Made by a program: the position numbers and the translations under genes. Of a stretch of 64,000 nt of DNA, positions 16,112 through 25,277 are shown piece after piece. Location: IMG/VR virus record IMGVR_UViG_3300025141_000026; one strand, given 5' to 3'. Each line of letters opens with the position of its first letter. Positions within the stretch are counted from its first letter, which is position 1. This DNA comes from a virus. The notes beneath the pieces were generated by a model. It was not told where the DNA came from. It saw nothing but the letters and a program-made list of their open reading frames with translations, and searched no databases.

Positions 16112-17782
16112 TTAGTCTTTGTCGTTAATTCTTCCAATCATATATCCAAACAGATAGGTGCCCAAGAAAAGGAGCACAAAGATGCTTACGGCGGTGCCTC
16201 TGGAGGTACCCTGCTGACATCCACTAGCCTCTGATATTTCAATGACATACTCCTCTGGTTCGTCGTCGGAGGGGTTGGTGTAAGGCGGACTAGTCGCAAA
16301 GGTTTCAGCGACGTCTGCTGGGTCTTCCACGGATGGTTGAAGAACATCATCTTCCTTGGAACCCTCGGCAACAATCACCATCCCTTCCAGTTCTATTGGC
16401 TCAACCTCTTCTTCGTCATCATCGTCATACCAGATGTCTGGGATGGTTGGGTAACAGTCTGGTGAGTTATCAACGAGACCATCGCAGTCATCATCGAAGT
16501 TATTGCACTCTTCTTCTTTTGGTTGTTGTGCATCACACTCACCGAATACGCCGTCGTCGCAATAAGACAAACCTTTTCCACAAGCTGTAGAACAGTCTTG
16601 CGTTATGCCTTCGTCGATCAATCCGTCGCAATCGTTGTCTAGATTGTCGCATGTATATTCCACCTCTTCAACGTTGTCAGGCAAAACACATTCCCACTTG
16701 CCTTTAGCGCAAACGGGAGTAGCGTTAGCACAGAGCCCTTCGGCTGCACAAACTTCATCTGGTGGGTCGTTCCCCTCATAACATTCAATGTCGAGAGGTG
16801 GTGTCCATATGACATCTCCGAGAGTAACTGAGATATGGTCCCAGCCATCAAACCAGAGAGCGTTGGGATTCCTGAAGGATGCTGCAATATTAATATCTTC
16901 TATATGCGCGGCTTGACCTTGTGGTGCTTGGATAACAACGAAGTATTCGTGGTAAGCAGAGTCATTAGCAGTTGAGCCATCAGTGGATATGATTAGGTTC
17001 CAAACCATATCATCTGCACCACCAAGCACAACCATCTCCCACCTGAACAGAGTAACAGAATACTGAGAAGAGACCATGTAAGATTCATTTACATACCCCT
17101 TGGATTGAATGTCCACACCAGCCGTTGCATCAGCCAAGACACCCGCTTCTTTGAACTCGCCCTTCCATCCAATATCACCACTGGCACCGCCAGAGATGGA
17201 GGAATCATATCCAGCAGAGTAGGACTGTTGAATGTTGATGGTCTTGATGGGCTCCCACTTATAGTTTTGGAATGGGACAGACCAGTCCCATCGGATAGCG
17301 CCAGCTTCGCCGCTATTTTTCATTTTTACACCCACATATTGTGCGGGTAAGATATTGTAGAGGAATTCACCCAACCAGTTATCTTCTTGGGCTAGTTCCC
17401 AGTCGTCGATGATATTTGGTGAGGACTTGACTTTCAGCACCATCACATAGAAGTCAGCCGACTTGGGTATGGACGACTCGAACCAATAGAACTCAGCCAC
17501 ACCATCCACGGTGTTACCTGTTGCTCCATTGTCTGCTCCAAAGAACAGAGTATCCCCTTGCCAGAAGCCGTAGGTTTGTGTATCGTAGTCTTCGTAGATG
17601 CCTGTATAAGCATCGCCCCCTAACACTTCCGTACCTTCCTGTAGAATGCGAGCCCCAATAAATGAAGTCTCTGTCTCGCTTATCTGAGACACAATAGGGT
17701 CGGGTGGGACTCCTTGCTGGGCATATGCCTTAAACACAAATAGCGTCAATATGACGCCTACAATCAAATCTATTCTTCTCAT
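16112..17782 (-). CDS. surface protein with MopE-related Cys/Asp repeats and a MYXO-CTERM-like anchor
   Basis: Signal peptide; CDNLDNDCDGLIDEG and CNNFDDDCDGLVD; C-terminal SGC + TM + basic residues. Confidence 0.75.
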   Translation of the reverse strand: MRRIDLIVGVILTLFVFKAYAQQGVPPDPIVSQISETETSFIGARILQEGTEVLGGDAYTGIYEDYDTQTYGFWQGDTLFFGADNGATGNTVDGVAEFYWFESSIPKSADFYVMVLKVKSSPNIIDDWELAQEDNWLGEFLYNILPAQYVGVKMKNSGEAGAIRWDWSVPFQNYKWEPIKTINIQQSYSAGYDSSISGGASGDIGWKGEFKEAGVLADATAGVDIQSKGYVNESYMVSSQYSVTLFRWEMVVLGGADDMVWNLIISTDGSTANDSAYHEYFVVIQAPQGQAAHIEDINIAASFRNPNALWFDGWDHISVTLGDVIWTPPLDIECYEGNDPPDEVCAAEGLCANATPVCAKGKWECVLPDNVEEVEYTCDNLDNDCDGLIDEGITQDCSTACGKGLSYCDDGVFGECDAQQPKEEECNNFDDDCDGLVDNSPDCYPTIPDIWYDDDDEEEVEPIELEGMVIVAEGSKEDDVLQPSVEDPADVAETFATSPPYTNPSDDEPEEYVIEISEASGCQQGTSRGTAVSIFVLLFLGTYLFGYMIGRINDKD

Positions 17783-17802
17783 TTCTGCTCCTTTGCTGAA
17801 CG

Positions 17803-17810
17803 TAAGTAGT
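17803..17810 (-). promoter_or_regulatory. candidate late promoter ACTACTTA
   Basis: Variant of the CTAnTTA motif, ~20 nt upstream of the start. Confidence 0.45.
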
Positions 17811-18010
17811 TACTTTGCTTTTTTTAGATCTCTTCTGATATGGTACATGGTGCCACCACCACCTGACCACATTATTTTATACACATCCACGGGCGAGGGC
17901 ACTTCACTCTTTTGTACTTCAAGAATAATGCCGACCTTTCCTCTTACCCTAAAGTTTACGGATATTTTTTTCCCATATGCAGATAGCGTTACTAGTTCAC
18001 CTACTTCCAC
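17810..18010 (-). CDS. MKVGDLV-family (KOW) miniprotein
   Basis: GTG start, EVGELV...GKVGII...KIMW. Confidence 0.7.
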   Translation of the reverse strand: MEVGELVTLSAYGKKISVNFRVRGKVGIILEVQKSEVPSPVDVYKIMWSGGGGTMYHIRRDLKKAK

Positions 18011-18185
18011 TAGTTGTTGCCTCCGCAATAAGTTCCAGCCACTCCAGTGGCACAAGGTGAGCAAACGCCAAATCGGTCCACATAATTAGCGCCCATGGCT
18101 CGTGCATTTCCAGCACAACACCGGGTACATAATCCGTTTGACCGTTAAACGGCGATCTGTAAATCACTAGGTCACCCCTCTTCAT
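17997..18185 (-). CDS. MKVGDLV-family miniprotein
   Basis: MKRGDLVIY...PGVVL...IMW. Confidence 0.75.
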   Translation of the reverse strand: MKRGDLVIYRSPFNGQTDYVPGVVLEMHEPWALIMWTDLAFAHLVPLEWLELIAEATTSGSR

Positions 18186-18399
18186 GAATAAAAAGTTCCA
18201 AGCTGCTATCAGCAAACCACTGTGTTCTACCAGTAGTCATAACTAGAACTTTGTACTCTTTATAGTCCGTATTATTCGCTTGGGGCAAGCCTAAATATCT
18301 AGTGCGCTTGCCCCTTACGTCCAATACTAAACCCAACACGAACTCCCTCTTTGAGTAGTTTATGCGTGGCTGTAGTGTTACCAGATCGCCCGGTTTCAA
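18172..18399 (-). CDS. MKVGDLV-family miniprotein
   Basis: MKPGDLV...LGLVL. Confidence 0.75.
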   Translation of the reverse strand: MKPGDLVTLQPRINYSKREFVLGLVLDVRGKRTRYLGLPQANNTDYKEYKVLVMTTGRTQWFADSSLELFIHEEG

Positions 18400-18544
18400 T
18401 TATAGCCACCCCCTAGACACAAGCCAATGTTTCGCATACCAAAATGCACCAGCAATAGGACCAGCTAGTGCCCATTCACCATGACAATTAAAAAAATGTT
18501 CCATTAGGGCTCCATATTCGTGTTAGAAAATATCTCTACGGCAT

Positions 18545-18573
18545 AGTATAAACTCAGAAAGCTCAAAATGCAA
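18545..18573 (-). promoter_or_regulatory. sigma70-like promoter
   Basis: TTGCAT-N17-TATACT. Confidence 0.55.
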
Positions 18574-18637
18574 GTAGAAAATATCGAAAAGTATAACATA
18601 TCTTTACCCCTTTGTGAAAAAATTTTTCGTGACTTAT

Positions 18638-18715
18638 TTACGCCTTATCACGCAACCACATTATACCACGATACACAACCATTCCAATCAAAATTCCTGT
18701 TATTATCCCGGTCAT
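18638..18715 (-). CDS. 25-aa membrane peptide
   Basis: MTGIITGILIGMVVYRGIMWLRDKA after AGGAGGAGG RBS. Confidence 0.5.
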   Translation of the reverse strand: MTGIITGILIGMVVYRGIMWLRDKA

Positions 18716-18735
18716 TGTAACCTCCTCCTTTTTTA

Positions 18736-18763
18736 TGAATATTTGTATTTTTTTTACGTCTAA
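18736..18763 (+). promoter_or_regulatory. ECF-type promoter (copy 12, plus strand)
   Basis: TGAATA(18736)-N15-CGTCTAA(18757), 13 nt before the ATG of the only plus-strand gene. Confidence 0.8.
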
Positions 18764-18776
18764 CATAAGTAGACAA

Positions 18777-19055
18777 ATGGAGGTTAGCTTGTATAAAATA
18801 AGTCTCACGAGTGAAGAGATGGATAAGATTCAAAACAAGATAGATCAAAGAATGAAAAATCTATATTACAAATCAATGTGGAAACCAAAAATAGGAGACA
18901 AGGTGTCTGAACTATTTTACCCTGAGAATGGGATTGGAACAATTATCGATTTATCCGGGGGTGGAGGCTCTATGACGGCTCTTGTAAAGTGGGAAGCCAA
19001 TCAAGAATATATAGAGACAAGGCACCTTTCACTTATTCTAGATGAGGACTTATAG
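18777..19055 (+). CDS. SH3/KOW-family miniprotein, only credible plus-strand gene
   Basis: KIGDKV...GIGTII...LVKW; has its own promoter copy. Confidence 0.7.
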   Translation: MEVSLYKISLTSEEMDKIQNKIDQRMKNLYYKSMWKPKIGDKVSELFYPENGIGTIIDLSGGGGSMTALVKWEANQEYIETRHLSLILDEDL

Positions 19056-19214
19056 TTCTTCTTCTCCGTGGGCTTCTTCAATGATTGACAAGACCCAATG
19101 GAGCGCACGAGCGTACCCCTCCTGTTCAATCTTCCCATCCTCTGTTTTCTGTTCTTTATTCTCGCACTCTCTGCACTCATCTTCAATTAGTGCATATAAC
19201 TCTTCAATACTCAT
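19050..19214 (-). CDS. hypothetical protein
   Basis: MSIEELY start after GGAGG. Confidence 0.55.
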   Translation of the reverse strand: MSIEELYALIEDECRECENKEQKTEDGKIEQEGYARALHWVLSIIEEAHGEEEL

Positions 19215-19455
19215 TCTATCCTCCAATGCAGAAAATAAGTGAGGAAATAAAAATACCTGCAACGGAAATCATCTTATAAAAGAATCTATCCTCTTTATCA
19301 AAATAGTAGTTCATAACAAATTAATCCTTTTTACCTTTGTGAATGGTATATAGTAAAAAAAATTTCTTTCGTCTTTTTTTTGTTGGGAGGGCGGCGCGGT
19401 GGGGCGGTTTTATTGTCGGTTACACTGGATGGGTGTCAGTATGTATCCTTTTTCA

Positions 19456-20091
19456 CTAGTCCTCCAATAAAAAAATAGATTTTGGAAGAAGTGGATATTC
19501 TGTGTTTTCTAGCCTAGCTTCCAGAGCAGTCAACAAATCATCTCGTGTTTCTATCTTTGTCCCATGCTTCACTGTATATTTGTACCAGCTTATTTTGGGG
19601 TCATTCAAGGCTGTTCCTTGCTGCTCCATTGTGTGACGAAACTTCTTCAAGTCTTCCTTGGTATACCTACCACTCTCGACGAGGAATTCTTCCACTTCGT
19701 CGTATAAATCCATCCCGATGTATTTCTTTCTGCCTTCTCTAATCTTTTTCCTCTCTCCTTCAACAAATGGCTTAAGTTGTTCTGGAAAAAAGAGATAGTG
19801 CTCTAAAAGGTTGTCATCGCCATCAAAGCTTGAAATAATGTGAATTGCTACTTTGGAAAAATGGTCTAATCTTTTTTCATTTGTCACTCTAGATGTTGAT
19901 GTTAGCCTTTCATACGGTTTCTTGTCGCCATTGAAATTACAAGATTTGAATTCAATGTCATACACATTGTTTTGTATGGATACGATGGAGTCAGCAATGT
20001 AATGACCGGACCTTCCTTCACGGTCGTCTGGAACTCCGAAGTGGCGGCACTGCTTTTTTTCTACCTTATCATCTTGTCTGCTCATTTCCAA
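19456..20091 (-). CDS. restriction-endonuclease-like PD-(D/E)xK protein
   Basis: AD...DIEFKS motif; own consensus promoter. Confidence 0.5.
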   Translation of the reverse strand: MEMSRQDDKVEKKQCRHFGVPDDREGRSGHYIADSIVSIQNNVYDIEFKSCNFNGDKKPYERLTSTSRVTNEKRLDHFSKVAIHIISSFDGDDNLLEHYLFFPEQLKPFVEGERKKIREGRKKYIGMDLYDEVEEFLVESGRYTKEDLKKFRHTMEQQGTALNDPKISWYKYTVKHGTKIETRDDLLTALEARLENTEYPLLPKSIFLLED

Positions 20092-20117
20092 ATCTCCTTG
20101 GCAAAAGGTATGGATAG

Positions 20118-20146
20118 ATTATATTGTATCTTAGAAGGGGTGTCAA
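20118..20146 (-). promoter_or_regulatory. perfect sigma70 consensus promoter
   Basis: TTGACA-N17-TATAAT. Confidence 0.85.
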
Positions 20147-20149
20147 CAT

Positions 20150-20497
20150 TTATTTCCATAAAATTTGAATCGCGATGATACAACCCGCCAGAACGGTGCT
20201 AACCAATGTTTTTGCCGTAAACATCGACTCATTTAGAAAATAATGCGTCAGGAGTGGGAATGTAAGGTAAGACATACCAAAACCAATCAAGCGAGCAGTC
20301 CAAAGTTGTCCCGTCGAGTTGTATATAAATTTAGTCCCATACCAAAAGCAAAGGCTAACGGGGATTGAAAAAATCGCGGCGGCTACGAATGGCTTATCCT
20401 CCCACCACTCCCAGACAAGTTGCGAATTGGATTGAAACCAAACGCACAGTTGTGCCACAAAAAAAGCTAACATTCCCAATAGCAATTGTTTACTCAA
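20150..20497 (-). CDS. 4-TM small membrane protein (DMT/SMR-like)
   Basis: Four hydrophobic helices, FLNE in TM3-4 loop. Confidence 0.65.
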   Translation of the reverse strand: MSKQLLLGMLAFFVAQLCVWFQSNSQLVWEWWEDKPFVAAAIFSIPVSLCFWYGTKFIYNSTGQLWTARLIGFGMSYLTFPLLTHYFLNESMFTAKTLVSTVLAGCIIAIQILWK

Positions 20498-20661
20498 TTC
20501 AAACTCCTTTTGGATACGTTAGCTTGTTTATTATTTTTTGTCAACAGTTATTTAAGGAGGAGCCATAAAATTGCACAGGTCGATGCTAGTTGCCCTCGGG
20601 TGACGAGTTGCCCTGCGTGTTGATTCCATATGTCTTTTATTTTTTGTAACATTGTTTTCTC

Positions 20662-20889
20662 CTAATGCCTTAGCATTTCTTCAACTTGATCTAAGATACC
20701 ATCGACGACTTCGACGTACTCTATTGGCACATCGTCTACTCTGCCGCCGTGGGCTTTGATAAGTCGATTGTGCAACTCTTCCTCTAGTGCAATAATAAAA
20801 CCCATATCTTGATCACACAGAGTTTTCTTTCTTGGGAATTGAATTATCTTTGCTTCGTGAACATATTCGTTCCATTTCTTATCGTCCAT
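20662..20889 (-). CDS. hypothetical protein
   Basis: ORF coupled to upstream gene. Confidence 0.55.
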   Translation of the reverse strand: MDDKKWNEYVHEAKIIQFPRKKTLCDQDMGFIIALEEELHNRLIKAHGGRVDDVPIEYVEVVDGILDQVEEMLRH

Positions 20890-21242
20890 TATACATACTC
20901 CAGCCATGCGTATCGTTTTCTATTTTGTAAATAATCTACTTCATCTTGTTTTTTATATGCCTCTCTTTCAAAAGGAATTTCGTAATAAGCGGTTTTCCAT
21001 GAGCCATATTCATATCTGCGGAGGGCGTAGAAAACAAAGTAAGCTATCCATTGAAAAACAAACAACATTTCCAATTGTTGTTGGAAATGGATTGTTTCGT
21101 GCCTTTTTGTTGCCTCGGATAATTCTCCCACACACCAGACAAAAGGTCCGATGCTGACAGCCCACACGTCAATGGGCGACACCTTAGATAATAGCTTAGG
21201 AAACCAACTGTTTTCAAAAAATAATGGCTTTAAGTTTTTCAC
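20889..21242 (-). CDS. small zinc metallopeptidase-like protein
   Basis: HETIH and PFEREAY. Confidence 0.75.
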   Translation of the reverse strand: MKNLKPLFFENSWFPKLLSKVSPIDVWAVSIGPFVWCVGELSEATKRHETIHFQQQLEMLFVFQWIAYFVFYALRRYEYGSWKTAYYEIPFEREAYKKQDEVDYLQNRKRYAWLEYV

Positions 21243-22378
21243 GCCGTTGTGTCCTCCTCTGGTACCCCAATAATCCTGACCACTGTTACCCCAGAAATTC
21301 TTTTCATTCCGGGGATGAGCACTTTCTTTACATAGAAACTTGGCGATTCAAGCGCGGATGGCTCACAACAAAACTTGATGCCGAAAGTGGCATAGTAGTA
21401 AACTTCACCTTCGGACTTCGGATCGGGCATAAGGTTGACAGTAGTAACTCCGGGGATGGCTCTTATCTCAGATTGTGCTTCCCCTCTTGTTATGTTGTTT
21501 TGTTTATTGAGAGCAAGACGAACATACGCAATGTACGACGTGATCTCTTTGTCCTCTACGAGATAGCCTTTCCACCCTTTGACCATGGACTCGACATTTA
21601 TCGTAATAGGCGCATCTTTTTTGATGGACATTTTCTTGTCGTAGGCAACGGTTCTGAGTGTGGACAGCTTTTCCAAGTATCCATTTCTTCTTAATACTTT
21701 GAATGCAATATTCTCTGGTGAGAACTCACCCTCTCGCTGGAGACCTGAAGATCTGAACTTTCTGATCTTCTCTTTCATCTTGAGCGTGTGATCGTATGCG
21801 TCTTGGTATTCGCCCTTATCAAAGACGGATTGTATTCTGTCGATGCGGTCCATGAGAGATAGTGCCTTCTTTGTCACGTTCTCCCAATCGATATTAGCTT
21901 CTCTTGGAGTTGGCTCAGTCAACCATTCGTTGTTGAGCACAGAGTAAACGCCTGAAGACTCGTGCGGTTCTGCCTCATCTTGGACATAAATCTCGACTTC
22001 AAAATCATTTATGTGAATATCATGCGTCTTGTTCCACATGAATCTCTTCGCATCAAACATTTCTTTAACAAGTTCTATGTTGTCGCCAACTTCTTTGAAG
22101 TCTGCGATGATGTGCAAGTCAATGTCTGAGAAATTGCTCCAGTTGAAATTAGCCAACGAACCAGTGAAAGTAATATCTTTTACCTCTGCGTCCACTCCAA
22201 TCTTGTCAAAAAAGTCTTGAGCGATTGTGATTAGTCTGAGTCGGATAGCTTCCTTGAGCTTCCCGTCCTCCCAAAAGTCTGGGTGGAGGTCGTCTTGCAT
22301 AAGAAAAGTATCCTTGTCCACGAAAAGGTCTTCGTCTTCAAAGATTTGTCTCAAGTTTTTTGCGATTGCATGTATCAT
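21239..22378 (-). CDS. Pol-beta superfamily nucleotidyltransferase with extra C-terminal domain
   Basis: GSLANFNW...SDIDLH, EIYVQD; start moved to ATG at 22378 overlapping the upstream stop. Confidence 0.8.
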   Translation of the reverse strand: MIHAIAKNLRQIFEDEDLFVDKDTFLMQDDLHPDFWEDGKLKEAIRLRLITIAQDFFDKIGVDAEVKDITFTGSLANFNWSNFSDIDLHIIADFKEVGDNIELVKEMFDAKRFMWNKTHDIHINDFEVEIYVQDEAEPHESSGVYSVLNNEWLTEPTPREANIDWENVTKKALSLMDRIDRIQSVFDKGEYQDAYDHTLKMKEKIRKFRSSGLQREGEFSPENIAFKVLRRNGYLEKLSTLRTVAYDKKMSIKKDAPITINVESMVKGWKGYLVEDKEITSYIAYVRLALNKQNNITRGEAQSEIRAIPGVTTVNLMPDPKSEGEVYYYATFGIKFCCEPSALESPSFYVKKVLIPGMKRISGVTVVRIIGVPEEDTTA

Positions 22379-25002
22379 TTTTCCACCCTTTTCAGCGCTT
22401 CTAGTATGCTCGCCTGTAAGGTCTTGAGTGAATACTTGTTGGCGACTCTTGACACGTTTTTTACACCCCATACAATATCTGCTGCGGTGGTCTTTCCACT
22501 CATCTTTTTGGCGTATTCCATTTCTTTGATGATGGATTCTGTTAGTTCGTCTTTCTCTCTCAACCCCGACTTTGGTCTTTGGTCTCTTGCTCGCTGGGCA
22601 AACTCTGCGTCTGTTAGATCTGCAAACGCAGGGTCGGTCGCTCTCGACTTCGCAAAAGGCACAATCTGGCTTGATACCCACTCACCAACAAAGTCTTGAA
22701 CCTCTTGCCAGTTATCATCTAGCCACTTGAACCCATTAATATAAGCGTAATATACTTCTGGGTTTGATTTGCGTGTAGCTCGCAGGTCTTTTAGTGGGAT
22801 ATTGCCAAACCCCAGCATCCCTATGCCGTGTGCTCCTTCAATCTTTCTATCGCCAATAGACAACTCTCCTGCATCTTTTTGCCCTTGAGATATGGTGTCT
22901 AGCAATTGAATATAAGGCTCAAAATTAAAGTTAGGTCTAAAGAAATCAACACCCATCTGTTTCATTATCTTTCCATACTCTTCAGCACCACTACCTTGTT
23001 GGGTGCCCATCTCTGGCTTGTCTTCCAATCCGGGGATTTCTATTTGTTTTCTTTTGTCCCTAGTTTTTTCAATAGGGGCTGCTAATTTATCTGTAATGTC
23101 TTTTAGGAGATCTCCCTTGATGGGTCTAGACTTGAGATAATCATTTAGTGCATTTTCAAATTGTGTTAGGTAACCTTTCTGTCTTTCAAAGGTTCTTTTT
23201 TCTTCATCAGGTATGCTGATTGCGGAATTCAGCCCATCAGGTAAGGCAGGGAAGATCTTTTGCAGTTCCTTGAAGTTTCTCATCATATTTGGAATATTGA
23301 AAATAGCTTTTCCATATATATTCATTTGCCCTGACTTGATATCGTATGACATATGCTTGAGGTTCGTTAGGATTTCTTTTAGGTTTACTCTGCCGCCGCC
23401 TTCTTCATCCTCCAGAGCATTACTTGGATCAATAGCGATTTCCTCATCAACTAGATCTTGATAAGTCTTTTCTATTGCTTCCTCGTAATGCTTGTCGTAT
23501 CTCTCCATCCTATCCACGAATGCTCGGAAGCCATCAAGACCTTGTTCCGCATGTTCGTCGTAATCAGGTGTCATACGCAAATAAAATGTAGAATTATCAT
23601 CATCAGTAACTTCGTCAATATACATACCAGCAGAGTCAAATGCGCTTTGGATGAGATCTCTTACCATTTCTCTGTCGTCATATCGACCAAAAGCTTCTTC
23701 AAAATCATCTGTGATTTCTTTCTCGCCTGTTTGCAAATCTTCTACTTCATAGCGAAGTTGATTGAAGGGGGGAGTGCTCAAATCAACACTCAAGTGGGCT
23801 TCCCATCTCCACTGGTATCCATCCCCGTAATCTTCTTCGTCATAAGTCACATCGATATGATGAAGATCAGCGTCTACAAGTATGTCTCGGAGTTCTGATG
23901 AATCAAATGAACCGGGAGGGTTGTCCATTGTGCTAGTGTATGCTTCGCCGTTGATAACATTCCAAGTATCCTGCGCTAAAGTTATAAACTCATAAGCAGC
24001 AGCATCAACATCATAGAGTATTGTGTCGCCGATATTTGGAACCTCATCCATACTATAAGCCAAGTCTCCTTGACCTTGAAGGTATTTCACAATATCTTCA
24101 TAAAGCTTTCTGTCCTCTTCGTTCATTTCTTCGCCATCATTACTACCCAAGAAGGATTCTAGGGATTGACCGTCCAGCAACGCACCGGCAATCATATCAA
24201 GAAACTCGTCTTTTAGCGGATAATCAGGATTCTTCTTGATTGCAGGAGCGATAAGGTTATAAAGCAATATTCTTTCAAGCTCATAAGAGTCTGTATACTC
24301 TTCGTCGGTTACATCAAAGAACGATTCAAACTCACCTTGTTTATCATAGACAAGGGCAATCTTTCTGTATATGGAATCATCGTTCAAGTTTTTGTTGAGG
24401 ATAAAATAGAAAGCCTTTCCTTGGCTTGTATAAGAATCAAAATAGTTTTGTGATCTCTCTGCTGAAATACACCACTTGGTCTTCTTACCAAAAAAGCACG
24501 AGGCTTCTTTTGTCTCGGGGCGAATAATAAAAAAGTCTTCGTCATCCTGTAGAATAGAAGCACCACCAAGGGCTGCTTCCTTTTCCTTTCTTTTCTTTTC
24601 AGACCCAGCCATACCGAGAGCATCCAAGATGTCTTCAAGTTGGTCAAGTGATTTGACTTGACTTAGATCGTTTGGCCACAGGTCTTTGCCGTCCTTCTTT
24701 AGTTGTTTATTTAGTTGACTGATTCTTTGCTTGGCTTTGTGAAAGGCTTCAACGGCTGGAACAAGATCGCTCTTGATCCACTCTTCGGCATTACCCGGAA
24801 CAGTATAAGTACCAGCGCCAGTATGATAAAGTTCTTTAGCCATCCACATCAAGTAAGCGTTCTTGCCTGATGGGTCGCTAGCCGAAAGTTGCTTGATAGC
24901 AAACTCTGGTATGCCGGGATACTTTTTCATAGTATCCTGTAGTCTGCCTTCTATAAGCATTTCTTCGTTTAGGAAGTTGTTCCACTTGTCTGGGTTAAAC
25001 AT
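22375..25002 (-). CDS. large acidic phage protein, probably virion-associated
   Basis: 875 aa; DPSGK..YL.W and ASC..G..TKWCIS motifs; N-terminal W..FLNE leader. Confidence 0.75.
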   Translation of the reverse strand: MFNPDKWNNFLNEEMLIEGRLQDTMKKYPGIPEFAIKQLSASDPSGKNAYLMWMAKELYHTGAGTYTVPGNAEEWIKSDLVPAVEAFHKAKQRISQLNKQLKKDGKDLWPNDLSQVKSLDQLEDILDALGMAGSEKKRKEKEAALGGASILQDDEDFFIIRPETKEASCFFGKKTKWCISAERSQNYFDSYTSQGKAFYFILNKNLNDDSIYRKIALVYDKQGEFESFFDVTDEEYTDSYELERILLYNLIAPAIKKNPDYPLKDEFLDMIAGALLDGQSLESFLGSNDGEEMNEEDRKLYEDIVKYLQGQGDLAYSMDEVPNIGDTILYDVDAAAYEFITLAQDTWNVINGEAYTSTMDNPPGSFDSSELRDILVDADLHHIDVTYDEEDYGDGYQWRWEAHLSVDLSTPPFNQLRYEVEDLQTGEKEITDDFEEAFGRYDDREMVRDLIQSAFDSAGMYIDEVTDDDNSTFYLRMTPDYDEHAEQGLDGFRAFVDRMERYDKHYEEAIEKTYQDLVDEEIAIDPSNALEDEEGGGRVNLKEILTNLKHMSYDIKSGQMNIYGKAIFNIPNMMRNFKELQKIFPALPDGLNSAISIPDEEKRTFERQKGYLTQFENALNDYLKSRPIKGDLLKDITDKLAAPIEKTRDKRKQIEIPGLEDKPEMGTQQGSGAEEYGKIMKQMGVDFFRPNFNFEPYIQLLDTISQGQKDAGELSIGDRKIEGAHGIGMLGFGNIPLKDLRATRKSNPEVYYAYINGFKWLDDNWQEVQDFVGEWVSSQIVPFAKSRATDPAFADLTDAEFAQRARDQRPKSGLREKDELTESIIKEMEYAKKMSGKTTAADIVWGVKNVSRVANKYSLKTLQASILEALKRVEK

Positions 25003-25277
25003 TACTTGTCCTCGCTTTCTGAAACGGTGTAGCTAGCTCTAGCCTTTTCACCAGCCGATGCTCCGGCTGTCTTCGCGGGGGTCATCGCATAATTTAGAAC
25101 TTTCAACTGTGCCACTATATCTTTTAACAAAACGATCATTTGCTCGTCCGACGAGAGGTCTTCAGCCTCGTACTCGCTGTAGCTTGGCATCACCTCTTCT
25201 TTTTCTTCCTCTACGTTGGCGCTCTTTGCTAATTCTTCTTTTATCATATGTTTAAATACTTTTTTCGTAATTTTCAT
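25002..25277 (-). CDS. small acidic probable head protein
   Basis: MKITKK.....IKEEL leader. Confidence 0.65.
   Translation of the reverse strand: MKITKKVFKHMIKEELAKSANVEEEKEEVMPSYSEYEAEDLSSDEQMIVLLKDIVAQLKVLNYAMTPAKTAGASAGEKARASYTVSESEDK

Noticed and set aside
20588-20614. Direct repeat AGTTGCCCT in an apparently intergenic gap
   Set aside because: Explained by a short minus-strand ORF (MLQKIKDIW...GQLVTRGQLAS) with an RBS
22378-22681. 100-aa N-terminal extension of the nucleotidyltransferase given by the ORF track
   Set aside because: Overlaps the upstream 875-aa gene out of frame; an ATG at 22378 overlapping the upstream stop is the more likely start
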